DNA of 57,165 bases from a virus. Taxonomy: Duplodnaviria; Caudoviricetes. The translations under genes and the position numbers were made by a program. Below, one piece after another: positions 55,896 to 57,165 of this stretch. The DNA lies in the IMG/VR virus record IMGVR_UViG_3300046006_000628, positions 1-57,165 of that record; one strand, written 5' to 3'. The notes below the pieces were generated by a model, which did no database searches, was not told where the DNA came from, and saw only the letters and a program-made list of their open reading frames with translations. Each line of letters opens with the position of its first letter. Position 1 is the first letter of the stretch.

Positions 55896-56705
55896 ATGTA
55901 CGGATCACCGTCGTTCTCCGCCATCGGCATCTCTAGCTACGACTCTGCTCTCCGGAAGTGGGAGAGCATCAAGCCGATCCGTGGTCGTAAGGACCAGAAC
56001 AGTCGGCCCCTCTACCGTAGGGGGGACGACACCAAGACCATCCGTCAGCTTAACAACGGCAGCATTGCCTTCCGGCTCCACTCCACTGACGTGGTGACCT
56101 TCCATAAGGAGGGTGCTGTGGACCTCAGCCCCTATGCCTCAGTGACGACCAATGCCTTTGTCGGGGCTGTCTTCGGTTGGGGTACCCCCATCCATACTTA
56201 CTGGTCAGACCGTGACTACCGCTTGCCTAACCATGTCACTGAGGTCGGCGGTCGGTACTACCACACCCCCAGCTTCGCCTCTCTCTACAGGGACGACACC
56301 ACCCACAAGTGGGTTATGGCGGCTGGCAACGAGCCGTTCGAGGTCACCAGACTGGACAAGACCTTGACCAAGGAAGCACTCAACGACACCAACTACAACC
56401 AGTTCAAGCTATGGCTGGCCACTCAGATCAGGCTGGGCCTCGACCCTCGTCAGGGTGACAGTTGGCGTAGTGGTCCCTACGACTGGTCGGATCGTGAGGT
56501 CGGCCAATACCTGACCGTTGGCCCAGAGGGCTGGGACGAGTTGGTCAGACGTATGTCCAAGCGCTGTGAGGTCAGCCATGAACTGGGGGTGCTGCGCCGT
56601 GCTGTCTACAAGTATGCTGGGGCTGTCACCGTCACCGAGGTTCCTTACTTCGAGAACATCACCGAAATGAGCAGCGCCTTCTCCTCGACCCGTAAGTATG
56701 GGTAA
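55896..56705 (+). CDS. Hypothetical early protein (269 aa)
   Basis: Long ORF; SYDSA...KPIRG, LHSTDVVTF motifs. Confidence 0.75.
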   Translation: MYGSPSFSAIGISSYDSALRKWESIKPIRGRKDQNSRPLYRRGDDTKTIRQLNNGSIAFRLHSTDVVTFHKEGAVDLSPYASVTTNAFVGAVFGWGTPIHTYWSDRDYRLPNHVTEVGGRYYHTPSFASLYRDDTTHKWVMAAGNEPFEVTRLDKTLTKEALNDTNYNQFKLWLATQIRLGLDPRQGDSWRSGPYDWSDREVGQYLTVGPEGWDELVRRMSKRCEVSHELGVLRRAVYKYAGAVTVTEVPYFENITEMSSAFSSTRKYG

Positions 56706-56706
56706 G

Positions 56707-56768
56707 GTCGAAACCACCTTCGGGTGGTCTGGGTAGGGTGGCTCCCTGCTCACTGATGAGACAAGCCA
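56707..56768 (+). ncRNA. Type II hammerhead ribozyme with loop I / 3' pseudoknot; predicted cleavage after C56729
   Basis: GTC-GAAA-CCACC-TTCG-GGTGG-TC^TGGGTAGGG-TGGCT-CCCTGCTCA-CTGATGA-GAC-A-AGCCA: all core nucleotides and stems I-III are present. Confidence 0.9.
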
Positions 56769-56793
56769 ACACACCTCAACACATAGGTACAAC

Positions 56794-57165
56794 ATGCGAC
56801 CCACATTGCTCTCCGAGACGCTCAAGTCCCTTATCTCAATCAACCGGACCACGTCGATCGAAGGTCCTCCCGGTGGTGGTAAGACCACACTGGTCCGCGG
56901 TGCGACTAAGGACCTCGACCTGCACTACATCGAGAAGCATCTGCCGACCATGCTGGTCGAGGACTTCGGTGTGCCCGTCCTTGGGTCAGCCTACCTGACC
57001 TACCAGATTCCGGACTGGTTCCCCGCCAAGGGGTCACCCTATGACGATGGTCGTGGTGGTGTGCTCTGTATGGACGACGCCTCTCAGGCTCAGGCTGACA
57101 TTCAGAAGGTGCTGGCCAACATCTGCCAAGCCCGTAACCTCCACGGGGTGCCTATCGCTGACAAC
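56794..57165 (+). CDS. MoxR-like AAA+ ATPase, N-terminal part (continues through the origin to 748)
   Basis: MRPTLLSETLKSLISINRTTSIEGPPGGGKTT...PDWFP...VLCMDD. Confidence 0.88.
   Translation, partial: MRPTLLSETLKSLISINRTTSIEGPPGGGKTTLVRGATKDLDLHYIEKHLPTMLVEDFGVPVLGSAYLTYQIPDWFPAKGSPYDDGRGGVLCMDDASQAQADIQKVLANICQARNLHGVPIADN
57039..57165. repeat. 127-bp terminal overlap (copy of 1-127)
   Basis: Exact identity with the contig start. Confidence 0.95.

Overview
This window appears to be a complete, circularly assembled ~57.0 kb tailed-phage genome. Bases 1-127 repeat exactly at 57039-57165, which looks like an assembler overlap, giving a unit length of 57,038 bp. It is podovirus-like: no tape measure or tail tube is recognisable, and there are several large ejection-type proteins. 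The host is probably an alphaproteobacterium (inference from a GcrA-like HTH, the amidase and the tailspike style). The + strand arm (53.9 kb through the origin to 20.3 kb) carries early and replication genes: a MoxR-like AAA+ ATPase split by the contig ends, a DUF3150-like protein, a vWA/HExxH protein, three HNH endonucleases, dCMP deaminase, a DUF5664-like nucleotide hydrolase, family A DNA polymerase (Leu762 type), a Cas4-like exonuclease, VRR-NUC, an SNF2 helicase, an SSB-like protein and a primase-DUF927 helicase. The - strand arm (53.5 kb to 20.3 kb) carries terminase, portal, scaffold, capsid, fibres/tailspike, lysis genes and ejection proteins, including a 2525-aa protein with a zincin motif. 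No integrase, RNA polymerase, tRNA or CRISPR array was seen. The best non-obvious signals are: (1) a complete type II hammerhead ribozyme with pseudoknot just upstream of the AAA+ gene (56707-56768); (2) about 25 partly strand-polarised CTTWACA motifs plus palindromes and IHF-like sites in the divergent control region; (3) an rrn-like boxB-boxA antitermination leader on the first early transcript; (4) a shared C-terminal [TA]xxR[LI] motif on small proteins around the AAA+/vWA module; (5) tandem Zn-finger paralogues delimited by 13-bp direct repeats. All family assignments come from motif recognition by eye, with no database searches.
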